From: Candidatus Hodarchaeota archaeon | GTDB lineage: Archaea > Asgardarchaeota > Lokiarchaeia > Sigyniarchaeales > SOKP01 | DNA: 64,000 nucleotides | NCBI GenBank assembly: GCA_048887225.1 | Contig: JBHLJY010000002.1 | Coordinates: forward strand, 347,773-411,772 | Reading direction: 5' to 3' | Shown: one piece after another, positions 1 through 10,455 of the stretch | How the letters are laid out: each line of letters begins with the position of its first letter | Numbering within the stretch: position 1 is the first letter of the stretch | The notes under the pieces: generated by a model | Told to the model about the DNA's origin: nothing | The model's input: the letters and a program-made list of their open reading frames with translations, nothing else | Databases searched by the model: none | Position numbers and translations under genes: made by a program

Positions 1-1
1 A

Positions 2-1009
2 TTTTCTATATTTTGTATGATTCAAGTTCATATATTCTATTATTGGACAAATATGAATTATGATAATGCAAATTTGGTTATATTATATTTTGGACAATTA
101 GCGGCTCCCATTTTCCTTATCGTTTCAGGATGTAGTTTTTATTTGTATATATCTAAAAAAGTGAATGAAAATATTGCCAGATTAGAGATTTTTAAAGAAA
201 TATCTAAAAGAGCTGTTTTTATTTTTAGCATATCCCTCGTATTTCAAATTCTCTTTGGTTTTATAATGGAATTGAAGATATCTTTTATTATTTATTGGAG
301 TATATTTCAAGTAATTGCCTTTTCAATGATTATCTATTTTTTTATCCCATTTTTAAAAAGAGAACTCAGAATCTTTACTTTGTTTTTAATCTTCTTTTTA
401 CTTTATCTAATATATTTTTTAATTCAATTTTATAATATTGAGTATCTTGCTATTTTAGTTAGTGGAGGGGATTATACGTTTCTTCCTTGGGCAAGTCTTT
501 TTATATTTGGTATTTTAATAGGTGATTTGATAATAAACATGCCAACCTATTACTTTAAAATATGCTTTATAATTTTTTTTCCGATTGGGATAATAATTCT
601 TATTATATGGTGGCTTTGGTTTAAGGATTTACGAATTGATTGGTGGATAGTAAGTTTTATATCTGCATTTTCGACATTTTTTATAGTTTTTCCTTTATTG
701 TATTATTTTGCTGATATTAAAGAATATCAATCAAAACTTCTTACTAGGGGCACTCAGTGGGGTAGGTTTTCATTTTCTATTTATTATCTTCACTTTGGGG
801 TTATAGCTATTGGTATTCTTATCTTCCCTTTTATTATACCTGATCTTTTTTCAAGGGGTTTTCTTTTATATCAATTTATCATCATCGTAATTATGTTTTA
901 CATAGGGATTGAATTATTTCTTAGAGTTTGGAAAAAATTGAATTATATCTTTGGTATAGAGTGGTTTTTGAACTTCATTAGTAAAAAGGAATTGTTTTCA
1001 AATGATTAA
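2..1009 (+). CDS. HGSNAT/DUF1624-like membrane acyltransferase, 5'-truncated by the window edge
   Basis: Frame is open from nt 2 (FSIFCMIQVH, matching ALAIIEMITGH of the downstream paralog). Multi-TM; shares ISFIIYWSIFQVIAFSM and FGIEW with 1069..2151. Confidence 0.7.
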   Translation, partial: FSIFCMIQVHIFYYWTNMNYDNANLVILYFGQLAAPIFLIVSGCSFYLYISKKVNENIARLEIFKEISKRAVFIFSISLVFQILFGFIMELKISFIIYWSIFQVIAFSMIIYFFIPFLKRELRIFTLFLIFFLLYLIYFLIQFYNIEYLAILVSGGDYTFLPWASLFIFGILIGDLIINMPTYYFKICFIIFFPIGIIILIIWWLWFKDLRIDWWIVSFISAFSTFFIVFPLLYYFADIKEYQSKLLTRGTQWGRFSFSIYYLHFGVIAIGILIFPFIIPDLFSRGFLLYQFIIIVIMFYIGIELFLRVWKKLNYIFGIEWFLNFISKKELFSND

Positions 1010-1068
1010 TTTATAATTTATGTTGAATTCTACAAAATAACTTCATTTTAAATGAAATATAATAGAAG

Positions 1069-2151
1069 TTGATAATTAAAATGGATCGTAGGTATAATTC
1101 GATTGATATATTGCGAGCTCTCGCAATAATCGAAATGATTACAGGACATATTTATATGTTAATGACAAATCAGAATTATTGGATAATAGGATTTCTTTTT
1201 GTTTTACTCTTTGGAACTTGGGCTGAAGCTATTTTTCTTGGATGTGCAGGAACAGGTTTTTTTTTATATATTAATAAGAGAATTAAGAATGATTGGTCGA
1301 AACGAAAAATTTTTATTGAAATTTTAAAAAGAGCGGCATTCCTTTTTTTTATAACCCTTATAATACTGCTAAGTTTTGGTTTTATTTTTGATATGCATAT
1401 TTCATTTATTATTTACTGGAGTATTTTTCAAGTTATCGCGTTTTCCATGTTATTGTTCTTTTTTATACCCTTTTTTAAAAAAATTTATAGAAGAATTATA
1501 ATAATAACTTTAATATTTACTATTTATTTTGGGTACGTGATCATTAAGTATAATAATATTGAGATTCTTTTTATTTTAGTGTCCGGTGGAGCCTTTACAT
1601 ATTTACCCTGGGCAAGCTTTTATTTAATTGGGATATTAATTGGGGATTTAATATTAAATACTGAAATTGAAGTATTTAAAAAAATTTTGACAATGCCTCT
1701 ATTATCAGGAATAATCCTTCTTGTTCTCTCTCTTTTTTGGCTTAATAATAATACATTCAATATTGATAATTTAATAATATTACATATCACAGCATATGCA
1801 GGATATTTTATACTGTTCTCATTAATCTTTTTTTTAACTGATGTCAAAGAAATTAAATCTCCTTTACAAGTATCTTTAGTCAGGTGGGGAAAAGTATCAT
1901 TTTCACTTTATTATATACATTTTATTGTTATAATTGCAGGTTTAATCATTGCTCCTTTAATTATTAGTAATTTCACCACGAAAGGTTTACAAATATATCA
2001 GTATTTTATATTTGTTGCAATCACCATATTAATTATTGAAATCTTTTCAAGGATATGGGAGAAATATGATTTTATTTTTGGAATTGAATGGATAATGAAC
2101 CTAATTTCTAAAAGATCTCCAATTAATAAACAAATTAATGAAGAAGGTTAG
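1069..2151 (+). CDS. HGSNAT/DUF1624-like membrane acyltransferase
   Basis: N-terminal RYNSIDILRALAIIEMITGH motif (R..sIDxLRG.A...M...H family), about 10 TM segments. Confidence 0.75.
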   Translation: MIIKMDRRYNSIDILRALAIIEMITGHIYMLMTNQNYWIIGFLFVLLFGTWAEAIFLGCAGTGFFLYINKRIKNDWSKRKIFIEILKRAAFLFFITLIILLSFGFIFDMHISFIIYWSIFQVIAFSMLLFFFIPFFKKIYRRIIIITLIFTIYFGYVIIKYNNIEILFILVSGGAFTYLPWASFYLIGILIGDLILNTEIEVFKKILTMPLLSGIILLVLSLFWLNNNTFNIDNLIILHITAYAGYFILFSLIFFLTDVKEIKSPLQVSLVRWGKVSFSLYYIHFIVIIAGLIIAPLIISNFTTKGLQIYQYFIFVAITILIIEIFSRIWEKYDFIFGIEWIMNLISKRSPINKQINEEG

Positions 2152-2178
2152 TATTTTATTATTTAAAAAAGGGAATAA

Positions 2179-3318
2179 TTGATGAAAATACTTTTTTTTT
2201 CAGCTTTTTTTTATGCAAAAGGACATGAAACTTACTTAGCTGATGAAATATTTACATTGGCAAATAATTACTCTAATATTCAAATTATTGTATACACCAC
2301 AAATTCTGAGATAGCTTCAATAACAAAATTAAAAAAAAATATTCTCTGGATTCAGCGTAAGAATTTAAAGAACATTAGGGTTCTCTTCCAATTTATAAAA
2401 GATATGGCAAATATATTCATAAAATTCAAACCTGACATCGTTCACTCCACATATATTATTGAATCATTAATTATGGGTCTTTTGGGAAGAATTTTTAGAG
2501 TTCCTACAATCCTTCATGGGAGAGGAACAGATATCAACTATTTCCCCTTCTTAAGCTTTAGAAAGAATATATTAGCAAGGATCAGCTGTAAATTAAATAA
2601 AAAAATCATAACAGTCTCAAAAACCATGAAAAAAGAAATTATGAGATTGAATGTTCAAGAGAAAAAAGTCCAATATATTTACAATGGTGTTAACAATAAA
2701 TTATTTCAACCAAAAGTGAAAAGAAATTATTCTAATATTGACGTATTTGAACTCATTCATATAGGAAGATATTCACCTGAAAAGTGTCAAGATTTAATCG
2801 TAAAAGTTGTAAAAGACTTAAAAGATAATGGTTTTGATATCCATTTCAACTTAATTGGATTCGGTCATAAAATTTTAAGGGATAATAAGATTGGATATGA
2901 AGTGAAAAAAGAACTTGTAGAATTAATTAAGAGCTATAAATTAGAATCTTCTATTTCTCTATTAGGATTTGTAGATCATAAAAAAATACCACGCTATTTA
3001 GAAAAGGCTCATATTTATATTCAAACCTCTTTAACAGAAGGGTTACCTAATTCAGTTTTAGAAGCAATGAGTATGGAATTGCCAATAATAATGACTAAAG
3101 CCGGGGGGATGCTTGAATTGAATATCAAACCAGGAACAATTTTAATTGAAAAAAACAATAGGAAGCAATTATATGACGCAATAATTTACTTCATTAAAAA
3201 TCCTGATATAATGAAAGTGGGTGGTAAAAAGAATAGAGAATTTATTGTGAATAATTTCAATTGGGACATTCATACAGAGAAATTATATAATGTTTATAAT
3301 GAAATAGTGAAAAATTGA
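2179..3318 (+). CDS. GT4 glycosyltransferase
   Basis: HGRGTD, IGRYSPEK, EGLPNSVLEAMS (E-x7-E). Confidence 0.9.
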   Translation: MMKILFFSAFFYAKGHETYLADEIFTLANNYSNIQIIVYTTNSEIASITKLKKNILWIQRKNLKNIRVLFQFIKDMANIFIKFKPDIVHSTYIIESLIMGLLGRIFRVPTILHGRGTDINYFPFLSFRKNILARISCKLNKKIITVSKTMKKEIMRLNVQEKKVQYIYNGVNNKLFQPKVKRNYSNIDVFELIHIGRYSPEKCQDLIVKVVKDLKDNGFDIHFNLIGFGHKILRDNKIGYEVKKELVELIKSYKLESSISLLGFVDHKKIPRYLEKAHIYIQTSLTEGLPNSVLEAMSMELPIIMTKAGGMLELNIKPGTILIEKNNRKQLYDAIIYFIKNPDIMKVGGKKNREFIVNNFNWDIHTEKLYNVYNEIVKN

Positions 3319-4064
3319 AAAATATGTTAAAATTTATTATAAAGCTTTTAAGATTTCGGATTGAAAATCTTACTATCTTCTTTGGTTTTCATTCATTAAA
3401 AATATATGAATTTAAAGAGCTCTTTAGAGATGTTGAAATTAAAAATAGTGATATAATTCTAGATTTTGGATGTGGAAATGGTTTTGAAACGTTGTTAGTG
3501 GGAAAAAAATGTAAAAAAATCTATGGAATTGACATTTTTAAGGAAAATTTGGATAAAGCAAAAGAAAGATCTTTTTTTTTACGTGGAAAAATAAATAGTT
3601 ATTTTAAATTGACGAGACTAGAAGACGCTAAATTTAAATCTGAAACATTTGATAAAATAATTAGTATATGCGTGTTAGAACATATTAAAAACTATATTGA
3701 TGTTTTAAAAGAAATATATAGAATTCTGAAGAAAGGAGGGCAAATATTTTTTTCAGTGGATTCCTTGGAGACAATTGATGATTTGAATTTTCTTAAATTC
3801 CATAAAAGAAGCCAAAATGTTGAACAATATTTTAATGAGCAAAAGTTGAGAGATTTGCTTATGAAAATTGGGTTTAAGAATATTAAAATATATCCTATCT
3901 GTAGAAGCGAATTTATTAAAAAGAGATTTATTAAAATAATAAAAAATATGACAAGATTAGATAATATCATCTCTATAATGGAATATTTCAAATTGAGAAA
4001 AGTAGAATCAAGATATAAAAATTATAATAAAGGTTTATTTTTAATATTTGAAGGTAATAAATAA
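3315..4064 (+). CDS. class I SAM-dependent methyltransferase
   Basis: ILDFGCGNG, FDKIISICVLEH, RILKKGG. Confidence 0.85.
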   Translation: MKNMLKFIIKLLRFRIENLTIFFGFHSLKIYEFKELFRDVEIKNSDIILDFGCGNGFETLLVGKKCKKIYGIDIFKENLDKAKERSFFLRGKINSYFKLTRLEDAKFKSETFDKIISICVLEHIKNYIDVLKEIYRILKKGGQIFFSVDSLETIDDLNFLKFHKRSQNVEQYFNEQKLRDLLMKIGFKNIKIYPICRSEFIKKRFIKIIKNMTRLDNIISIMEYFKLRKVESRYKNYNKGLFLIFEGNK

Positions 4065-4107
4065 ATCTAAATTATGGTTAAATTCCTCAAAATATTAATA
4101 TTTAATA

Positions 4108-4800
4108 TTAGATTTTTCGAATCAGAGCTGATCCCCATTTATCTGGGAGTTCAATAATCTTTTCTAGTTTGCCAATAAAAAACTTATTTACTGCTTTATA
4201 AACTCCTCGCTCCGATTCATGTGGATTATTATAATCATGAATAAAAATATATCCACCAGGATTTATTCGCGAGTAGAAGAACTCTAGGGCCGCTAAAGTT
4301 GGTTCATAGAGATCTAAATCAATCAAAACAAACGAAAATTTTTCATTTTCTAAACCTTTTGTAGTTTCTGGAAAAATTCCTTTTTTAATAACAATATTTT
4401 CTAAATCACCAATCGTTTTTTTTAATACTGTTTCATTAGTATCCTGGAATCTTTTGTCTTCAGTTTTTAGGAATTTTAAAGGAAATCCTTCGAAAGTATC
4501 AAAAAGATACAAAGTTTTATATGGGGCAATCGAATGGATAATTTTACTTGCATGACCTTTATAAACACCAATTTCAGCAAAACTACCGTTAATTTTTTTT
4601 TTAATTATTTTAGTAATAGCTAGAGCAATTGTGGCATATCTGATTGGATCTTCATGTGAAATTAAAAATTTATGGATATTATAATCATAAGTAGGATTTT
4701 GAATTAAATTCTTTGATAACGAATTAGAAATATATCTTATTTTATTAATTATGAATTTAATAATTTTATTTTCTTTAAGATTATCAAATAATTTTGGCAT
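4108..4800 (-). CDS. TylF/MycF (macrocin-type) sugar O-methyltransferase
   Basis: AEIGVYKG, FDTFEGFP, IDLDLYE, IHDY. Confidence 0.9.
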   Translation of the reverse strand: MPKLFDNLKENKIIKFIINKIRYISNSLSKNLIQNPTYDYNIHKFLISHEDPIRYATIALAITKIIKKKINGSFAEIGVYKGHASKIIHSIAPYKTLYLFDTFEGFPLKFLKTEDKRFQDTNETVLKKTIGDLENIVIKKGIFPETTKGLENEKFSFVLIDLDLYEPTLAALEFFYSRINPGGYIFIHDYNNPHESERGVYKAVNKFFIGKLEKIIELPDKWGSALIRKI

Positions 4801-5032
4801 CTAAAATCTAGTTTGTTTTTTTAATATTTCAATTAAATGGCTGTTTTATATGCCATATTTCTCATAAACTATTCAATAAATTAAAATTTAAATTTAAATT
4901 TTAGTAGATATCATTTTATAGAATTAATTAGTCTAATATTTAATTATCAAAAATTTCAAAGTATTTTTGAATGATCTTTTTTAAAAACCTAATATAAAAA
5001 TTAAATTTTACAAATTATTTTACTTAAATGAA

Positions 5033-6202
5033 ATGAATGTTTTAATTATTTATCCTAATGGTAATGCTTTAAATCCTCATTCTGGTGCAGAAACAAGAAT
5101 ATGGACTCTCAACTATGCTTTAATAAATCGCAATTTTGAAGTTTTAGTATTACATTCATTGAATTCAAAAGGTTTTGAAGATAATGAATTAAAAAAAAAG
5201 TGTAAAGTATTTTACAATAAACCATTAGGGAATTTCAGCTTTTATCTTTCAGATTTAAATCCTTTCTATATTATTAAATTATTTCAAATAATTCATAAAT
5301 ATAATGTTGAGATTATCCAATTGGAGTTTCCATGGGGTTTTATTACGGCTAAATTTTTAGCAAAAAAAAAAACAAAGTTAATTTATGATTCACAAGGGAT
5401 TGAAAGTGAATTTATGAAAAATGCTGTGAAAAATCCGAAATTTCCTAAGATTCTCAAACCATTGGCAAAAATATTTGGGTATTTTTACGAAAAACTAGTT
5501 TGTAAATTAGCAGATGTGATCATAAATGTTAGCATGGTCGATAGAGATTATTACATTAAAAATTATAAAATCCCTAAAAGTAAGACGTTTCTGATTCAAA
5601 CACCTTCTACTTTAAATTTTGAAGGTTCTAAAAGAACAGAAGCTAATAAAATACAATGTAGAAAAAAATTAAGCTTACCTTTGGATAAAACAATTGTTAT
5701 ATTTCATGGTGGTTTACCACATCCTCCAAACCAAGAAGCATTTAATCTTATCAATAATTATATATCTCCTAATATAGAAAATCCTGATATTTTATTTGTA
5801 TTAGCGGGACATAATCTCTCGAAATTTCGGAAAAATAATATAATAAGTTTAGGATTTGTTGAAAATCTAAAAGATTTTTTGTATATGGCAGATTTCGCTA
5901 TTGTTCCTTTGCTTAGTGGCAGTGGGATGAGAATTAAAATAATGGATTACATAATAACAGCATTACCTTTTATAACAACAAAGAATGGGATTGAAGGTAT
6001 TGATTTTGTTAAAAGAGATAGAGATTTTTTATTATATGACACTGTAAATGAAAGTTTTTTAGAAGGAATTAGATTATTGCATAATGATAAAAAATTAAGA
6101 CAAAAATTGCATGAAAATCTATTAAAAGAAGGAAATACACTAAATCGCAGCAAATTTGAGTATAAATTTTTCAAATTATATTCAAGGATTAAAGAACTCT
6201 AG
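5033..6202 (+). CDS. GT4 glycosyltransferase
   Basis: SGAETR, HPPNQEA, VPLLSGSGMRIKIMDY subfamily motif. Confidence 0.85.
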   Translation: MNVLIIYPNGNALNPHSGAETRIWTLNYALINRNFEVLVLHSLNSKGFEDNELKKKCKVFYNKPLGNFSFYLSDLNPFYIIKLFQIIHKYNVEIIQLEFPWGFITAKFLAKKKTKLIYDSQGIESEFMKNAVKNPKFPKILKPLAKIFGYFYEKLVCKLADVIINVSMVDRDYYIKNYKIPKSKTFLIQTPSTLNFEGSKRTEANKIQCRKKLSLPLDKTIVIFHGGLPHPPNQEAFNLINNYISPNIENPDILFVLAGHNLSKFRKNNIISLGFVENLKDFLYMADFAIVPLLSGSGMRIKIMDYIITALPFITTKNGIEGIDFVKRDRDFLLYDTVNESFLEGIRLLHNDKKLRQKLHENLLKEGNTLNRSKFEYKFFKLYSRIKEL

Positions 6203-6226
6203 AAAACGACCCGGAACTAGCTTAAC

Positions 6227-7006
6227 TCACCGTTTTTTAAAAAGAACTTCAATCGAAGAAACTATTAGATTATCGAAATTCGTTGTTTTACTTTTAAAAC
6301 ATGACGGATATTGACTTATTAACTTAATGTGCGATATATCGTAATTTTCATTATATTTCATTATCCTTAATTTGTCTAAGTGTTTTTTCCATAAAGAGCG
6401 AAAATCCTCCGTGGACCATTCATTTAAGGAGAGATCTTCAGGAAGAGGTCTCATTCCTTTTAATGTATGTGAAAATCTTCTCATTAAATCAATAGGAAAA
6501 AGATATTGACAATAAGGAACTGTAATTGATTTAATAGCATGCATTCCATAAGGTGATGTAAAAGGCAATGAGAAAGCAATATATATGTAGCCTCCTTTTC
6601 TAACAACTCGAACAGACTCCTCTAAAACTTTATTAGGTTTTGGGAAATGTTCAAAGCAGTCAAAGGTAAACACAAAATCAAAACTTTCATCCTCAAATCT
6701 GAGATTTGATGCGTCCATTTTAATTAAAGTTCCTTCCTCTTTTAATGCTCTCTTATCGAAGTACTTATCATTAATGTCTATGCCAATTGCTTTTTTACCC
6801 ATAGAATTTAAATAATAACACACCATACCATCATTGCATCCTAATTCTAAGAACTTTTTATATTTTAGATTATCTTTTTTTATCATTTTCATTATCTTTA
6901 TTGCTTTATCCCTTCCTTTCTTGATTAAGGCATTTGTTTTCTTACTCTTTTTCTTTCTAATCAATGGTCGAGGATATTTATTCTGAAGTCTTATCAAGTC
7001 ATCCAA
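6227..7006 (-). CDS. class I SAM-dependent methyltransferase (frame open a further ~64+ codons upstream, to about 7198)
   Basis: FLELGCNDG, FDFVFTFDCFEH, RVVRKGG. Confidence 0.85.
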   Translation of the reverse strand: MDDLIRLQNKYPRPLIRKKKSKKTNALIKKGRDKAIKIMKMIKKDNLKYKKFLELGCNDGMVCYYLNSMGKKAIGIDINDKYFDKRALKEEGTLIKMDASNLRFEDESFDFVFTFDCFEHFPKPNKVLEESVRVVRKGGYIYIAFSLPFTSPYGMHAIKSITVPYCQYLFPIDLMRRFSHTLKGMRPLPEDLSLNEWSTEDFRSLWKKHLDKLRIMKYNENYDISHIKLISQYPSCFKSKTTNFDNLIVSSIEVLFKKR

Positions 7007-7233
7007 TTCAAGCCACTGAGGTGTTGATGGAGCATTGTTAAAAATTTTTTTAGTTTTTTTCAGCTTTGATGCTGAGAAAATAATTGATAGGTGTGAATAA
7101 GTTTTTAGAAATTTGAATATAATCTGATCAGAAAAAATACTGTATATAATGTATCTTAATCTGGGAAATAATTGCTCCGTTTTTAGAGGCCTCTTTATTT
7201 TATTTTGATCTTTTACGAATAAATAATAATCTT

Positions 7234-7950
7234 TTAAGTTTTTGATAAAAAGTAAAGTAATCCATAAGAAAAAGTTAAGGGAAAACCTGAAAAAGGATAG
7301 GTTCTATAATATTCGACTTTAAATTTTTTTTTAATTAATTTATCAAACATTTGCACTGAAGATATTGCCCCTTTCCAATGATCATTACAGACTAAACGTT
7401 TTGAAACTCTCGCATATATCATTCTCGCATATTGCAATATGATTGATTCTACTGGAATTGTGATGATAAATTTACCATTTTTTTTTAATACTCTCTCAAT
7501 CTCATCAAGTGCTGGCTTTAAGTTTCTTACATGTTCCATCACATCCAACGCAACGATTAAATCGAAAAAATCATCTGGAAAACCTGATTTTGTTTCTATA
7601 TTATGCGTTATTATTTCAAAATTTTGATTAAATTTTTTGAAAATTCTTTTTATATAATCATTTTGCCACTCTTCCAATATATCTATGCCATTAATTCTTA
7701 CGCCAGGATTATTTATCCCAATATTTAATGAAAAAAATCCTATCCCACATCCAATATCTAAAATATTGTCCAGCTTAATCCTATGATTTGCTTTTAGTTT
7801 CAAGATTAACTTAATTATTTTTTTTAGTCTATTCCAAAAAAATTTTCCAAATAATGGGACATAATATGGACTTATACTCGACCAAAAATAATACTCTTTT
7901 GGGATATATCTATTCAGTTCTTTTGGTGTGATAAATTTAATAGATCTCAT
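7234..7950 (-). CDS. class I SAM-dependent methyltransferase
   Basis: ILDIGCGIG, FDLIVALDVMEH, RVLKKNG. Confidence 0.88.
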   Translation of the reverse strand: MRSIKFITPKELNRYIPKEYYFWSSISPYYVPLFGKFFWNRLKKIIKLILKLKANHRIKLDNILDIGCGIGFFSLNIGINNPGVRINGIDILEEWQNDYIKRIFKKFNQNFEIITHNIETKSGFPDDFFDLIVALDVMEHVRNLKPALDEIERVLKKNGKFIITIPVESIILQYARMIYARVSKRLVCNDHWKGAISSVQMFDKLIKKKFKVEYYRTYPFSGFPLTFSYGLLYFLSKT

Positions 7951-7971
7951 CTCTAAAATTAAAATTCAAAA

Positions 7972-9399
7972 CTAAATTAAGCTTATTGACTCTGATTTTT
8001 TCAAAAAAGTATAAAAAACTGGCAGTAGTAATCTCAAATTTCTAATTAAGGTTTTAAGTGAATAAAACCACCATTTAGGGTAAAATCGTAGCATTTTCAT
8101 AAAATTTTCTCTTACCTGCCAAAGATCAAGATCATATGGTTCATAGTTAATAAGCTTTCTATGAGGTCTTGTTAGCTTTTTTTTCCAATCTAAATCCTCT
8201 ATTATCCAATTGTTTTCCATAGCAATTTTTACAAATTTAGTGTTTTCTAAAGGTTGCAATACGCTTACTTGAACAAAATCTGGAATTGTCTCTCTTATAA
8301 AAATCTCGGTCTCTTTTAACGTTTTATAAGTTTCTCCTATATAACCTAAGAGTAAATTTAATTGAACGGGAATATTTGCTTTTCGAGTCAATTTTAAAGT
8401 CTGTTTTGCTTTTTCAAGTGATATGTTTTTGTTCATCAATTTTAATATCTTTTCACTTCCAGTTTCAACACCGTAAGATATTCCAATACAACCTGCCTTT
8501 CTCATTAACTTTAAAAGGTCCATATCAACTAAATCAACTCTTGAATCACAGAACCATTTGATCTTCAAATTTCCCTCAATTAAATTTTTACAAATCTTAA
8601 TTGTTCTCTTACGATTAATAGTAAAAATTTCATCAAAAAACCAAATATATTTTACATTAGCCAGACTTTTTAGTAGTCTTAATTCTTCTATTATTTTTTC
8701 TCCTGATTTTCCACTATATTTTGTATTGGCAGCGGGACAATATGTACAACCAAAAGGACAACCTTTTCCAGCATAGACTAAAGCATAAGGGCCAAAAAAA
8801 GGAGAATAAATATAATAAGGCTTGAACGATTTCAATAAATCGTATGCTGGTAATGGTAAATCATTAATTTTTTTTCTTTTATTCAAATCTTCTGTAACGA
8901 TAGGGAGATTATTTTTATCCCTAAATACTATTCCCCTTAGATTAGATAAATCATTATTATTGCTTATACAGTCTATTAAGTCCTCTATTATGGAAAATGG
9001 GTCATCAATCATTAAAATATCCAAATTTTTATATTCCCGAATAATTTCTTTTCCATAATTTCTTCCATACCATGAATAACCAATAGTAATACATTTTGGA
9101 TTTAACTCCTTAATTATATTACATAGTTCTAAATCATAATCGATTATTTGAGAGTTAAATGTAAAGATTAAACAATCAAAATTTCGAGTTTTTAATAAAT
9201 TTGAAAGCATTTCATAATTAATATTTATTCCATTTGCATCAATAAACTTAATTTGATAATTTTTTTCTCTCAATAATGAAGCTATTATTAACAGAGTTGC
9301 GGGGGTATCAACGCGATAATTCATAATTAATTCGCAACGTTGTTCTCTTGTAACTGAAGAATTGTCGTATCTGGGAGGATTAATAATCAGTATTCTCAT
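7972..9399 (-). CDS. B12-binding-domain radical SAM protein
   Basis: N-terminal RILIINPP cobalamin-binding-like domain; GCPFGCTYC (CxxxCxxC), FFDEIF, GVETG. Confidence 0.9.
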   Translation of the reverse strand: MRILIINPPRYDNSSVTREQRCELIMNYRVDTPATLLIIASLLREKNYQIKFIDANGININYEMLSNLLKTRNFDCLIFTFNSQIIDYDLELCNIIKELNPKCITIGYSWYGRNYGKEIIREYKNLDILMIDDPFSIIEDLIDCISNNNDLSNLRGIVFRDKNNLPIVTEDLNKRKKINDLPLPAYDLLKSFKPYYIYSPFFGPYALVYAGKGCPFGCTYCPAANTKYSGKSGEKIIEELRLLKSLANVKYIWFFDEIFTINRKRTIKICKNLIEGNLKIKWFCDSRVDLVDMDLLKLMRKAGCIGISYGVETGSEKILKLMNKNISLEKAKQTLKLTRKANIPVQLNLLLGYIGETYKTLKETEIFIRETIPDFVQVSVLQPLENTKFVKIAMENNWIIEDLDWKKKLTRPHRKLINYEPYDLDLWQVRENFMKMLRFYPKWWFYSLKTLIRNLRLLLPVFYTFLKKSESISLI

Positions 9400-9674
9400 T
9401 TTATTAAAAAAACATCATTAAATTTTTGATTTTGTCTATATCACGTATATTATTTAAAATTGAAAATTCTCTAAAATAAAAAGATTTAATTATTTTAATG
9501 TATCTCTTAAATTTTTAAATTATTTTTGAAGTTTATTTTAAAGGAGGATTAATAATTAAGAGATTAAGAGATAAAGATTTTAGCCATAAACAACAAAGCT
9601 CTAAAAATAAGATTTAAAAAAAAATAAAAGATTTAAAATAAACATAAGGATTAAATTTAATTTGGTGAGATAAA

Positions 9675-10421
9675 GTTAAAGGTGTGATTTTAGCTGGGGG
9701 GACGGGTTCTAGGTTATCACCACTTACTAGAGTTACAAATAAACATTTATTACCTGTATATGATGAACCAATGATATATAAAGTTATAAAAACGCTTACT
9801 AATTCAGGAATAATAGATATAACTATTGTTCTAGGAGGAGAAAGTGTAGGGGATTTTATAAAATTACTTGGAGATGGTTCTGAATTCGGAGCTAACTTTA
9901 ATTATGTGTATCAACAAAGAGCAGGAGGGATTGCAGAGGCATTATATTTAACGAGAAAAATTGTTAAAGGACATAAAGTAGCAGTCATATTAGGTGATAA
10001 TATATTTGAAAATAATTTTAAGTCAGAAATTGAAGAATTTGATTCATCTGATAAATATGATTGTTGCTTATTTTTAAAAGAAGTTGATGATCCTGTAAGA
10101 TTTGGTGTTGCTGAGTTAAATGATGACGGAACTATAAAAAGAATTGAGGAAAAACCAGTAAAACCGAAAAGCAAATATGCTGTAACTGGTTTATATCTAT
10201 ATGATAAAAAAATTTTTGCAATAATTAAGAAAGTAATAGATGAAATAGGATATTCAAAGAGGAATGAATTAGAAATTACGGATGTGAATAATTATTATGT
10301 TAAAAATGCTATAACCAAGGCTATTTTTGTTAAAGGGTTTTGGTCTGATGCGGGTAAATTCGATACTCTATTGAAATCTAGTAATTTTATTAAATCTCAA
10401 ATTGACAAAATAAATTTATGA
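9675..10421 (+). CDS. rfbA: glucose-1-phosphate thymidylyltransferase (short RmlA/SpsI type); the start may be GTT at 9675 rather than GTG at 9684
   Basis: (V)KGVILAGGTGSRLSPLTRVTNKHLLPVYD, RNELEITD, WSDAG. Confidence 0.9.
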   Translation, partial: VKGVILAGGTGSRLSPLTRVTNKHLLPVYDEPMIYKVIKTLTNSGIIDITIVLGGESVGDFIKLLGDGSEFGANFNYVYQQRAGGIAEALYLTRKIVKGHKVAVILGDNIFENNFKSEIEEFDSSDKYDCCLFLKEVDDPVRFGVAELNDDGTIKRIEEKPVKPKSKYAVTGLYLYDKKIFAIIKKVIDEIGYSKRNELEITDVNNYYVKNAITKAIFVKGFWSDAGKFDTLLKSSNFIKSQIDKINL

Positions 10422-10455
10422 TTTCTAAAGATAGTACTTACATTTTTGAGTTTAT

